A stretch of DNA of 64,000 nucleotides, taken from Squalus acanthias. Its lineage: Eukaryota. Below are positions 63,946 to 64,000 of this stretch, in pieces (position 1 is the first letter of the stretch; the number at the start of each line of letters is the position of its first letter). The translations under genes were made by a program, and so were the position numbers. The stretch is from NCBI GenBank assembly GCA_030390025.1, contig CM059431.1:122018001-122082000 (forward strand), given 5' to 3'. A model generated the notes under the pieces. It was given only the letters and a program-made list of their open reading frames with translations. It was not told the DNA's origin and ran no database searches.

Positions 63946-64000
63946 CTGATAGTCAATGGAAATGAAAATCTGGAGAGATGCATAATGGGCGGCTGAATTA

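Overview
Repeat-dense vertebrate genomic DNA, most likely from a cartilaginous fish (shark-type HE1/V-SINEs, SacSINE1-like Deu-SINEs, abundant CR1 and L2 LINEs). There are no prokaryotic genes. Most long ORFs are fragments of LINE ORF2, Penelope RT/GIY-YIG, or PIF/Harbinger transposase and Myb/SANT genes. The main structures are: (i) a very young, 5'-truncated Penelope-like element (53238-55166) with 271-bp inverted arms, a 34-nt tail, a TSD and a minimal hammerhead ribozyme in each arm; (ii) small non-coding Penelope-derived hammerhead elements, including a near-perfect ~275-bp fold-back insertion with its own TSD (18606-18880); (iii) three long solo LTRs with 4-bp TSDs; (iv) several multi-level nested insertions; and (v) a few candidate minus-strand host exons, including possible 14-nt microexons, that cannot be assigned to a gene from sequence alone. 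Family names come from recognised motifs, not database searches.
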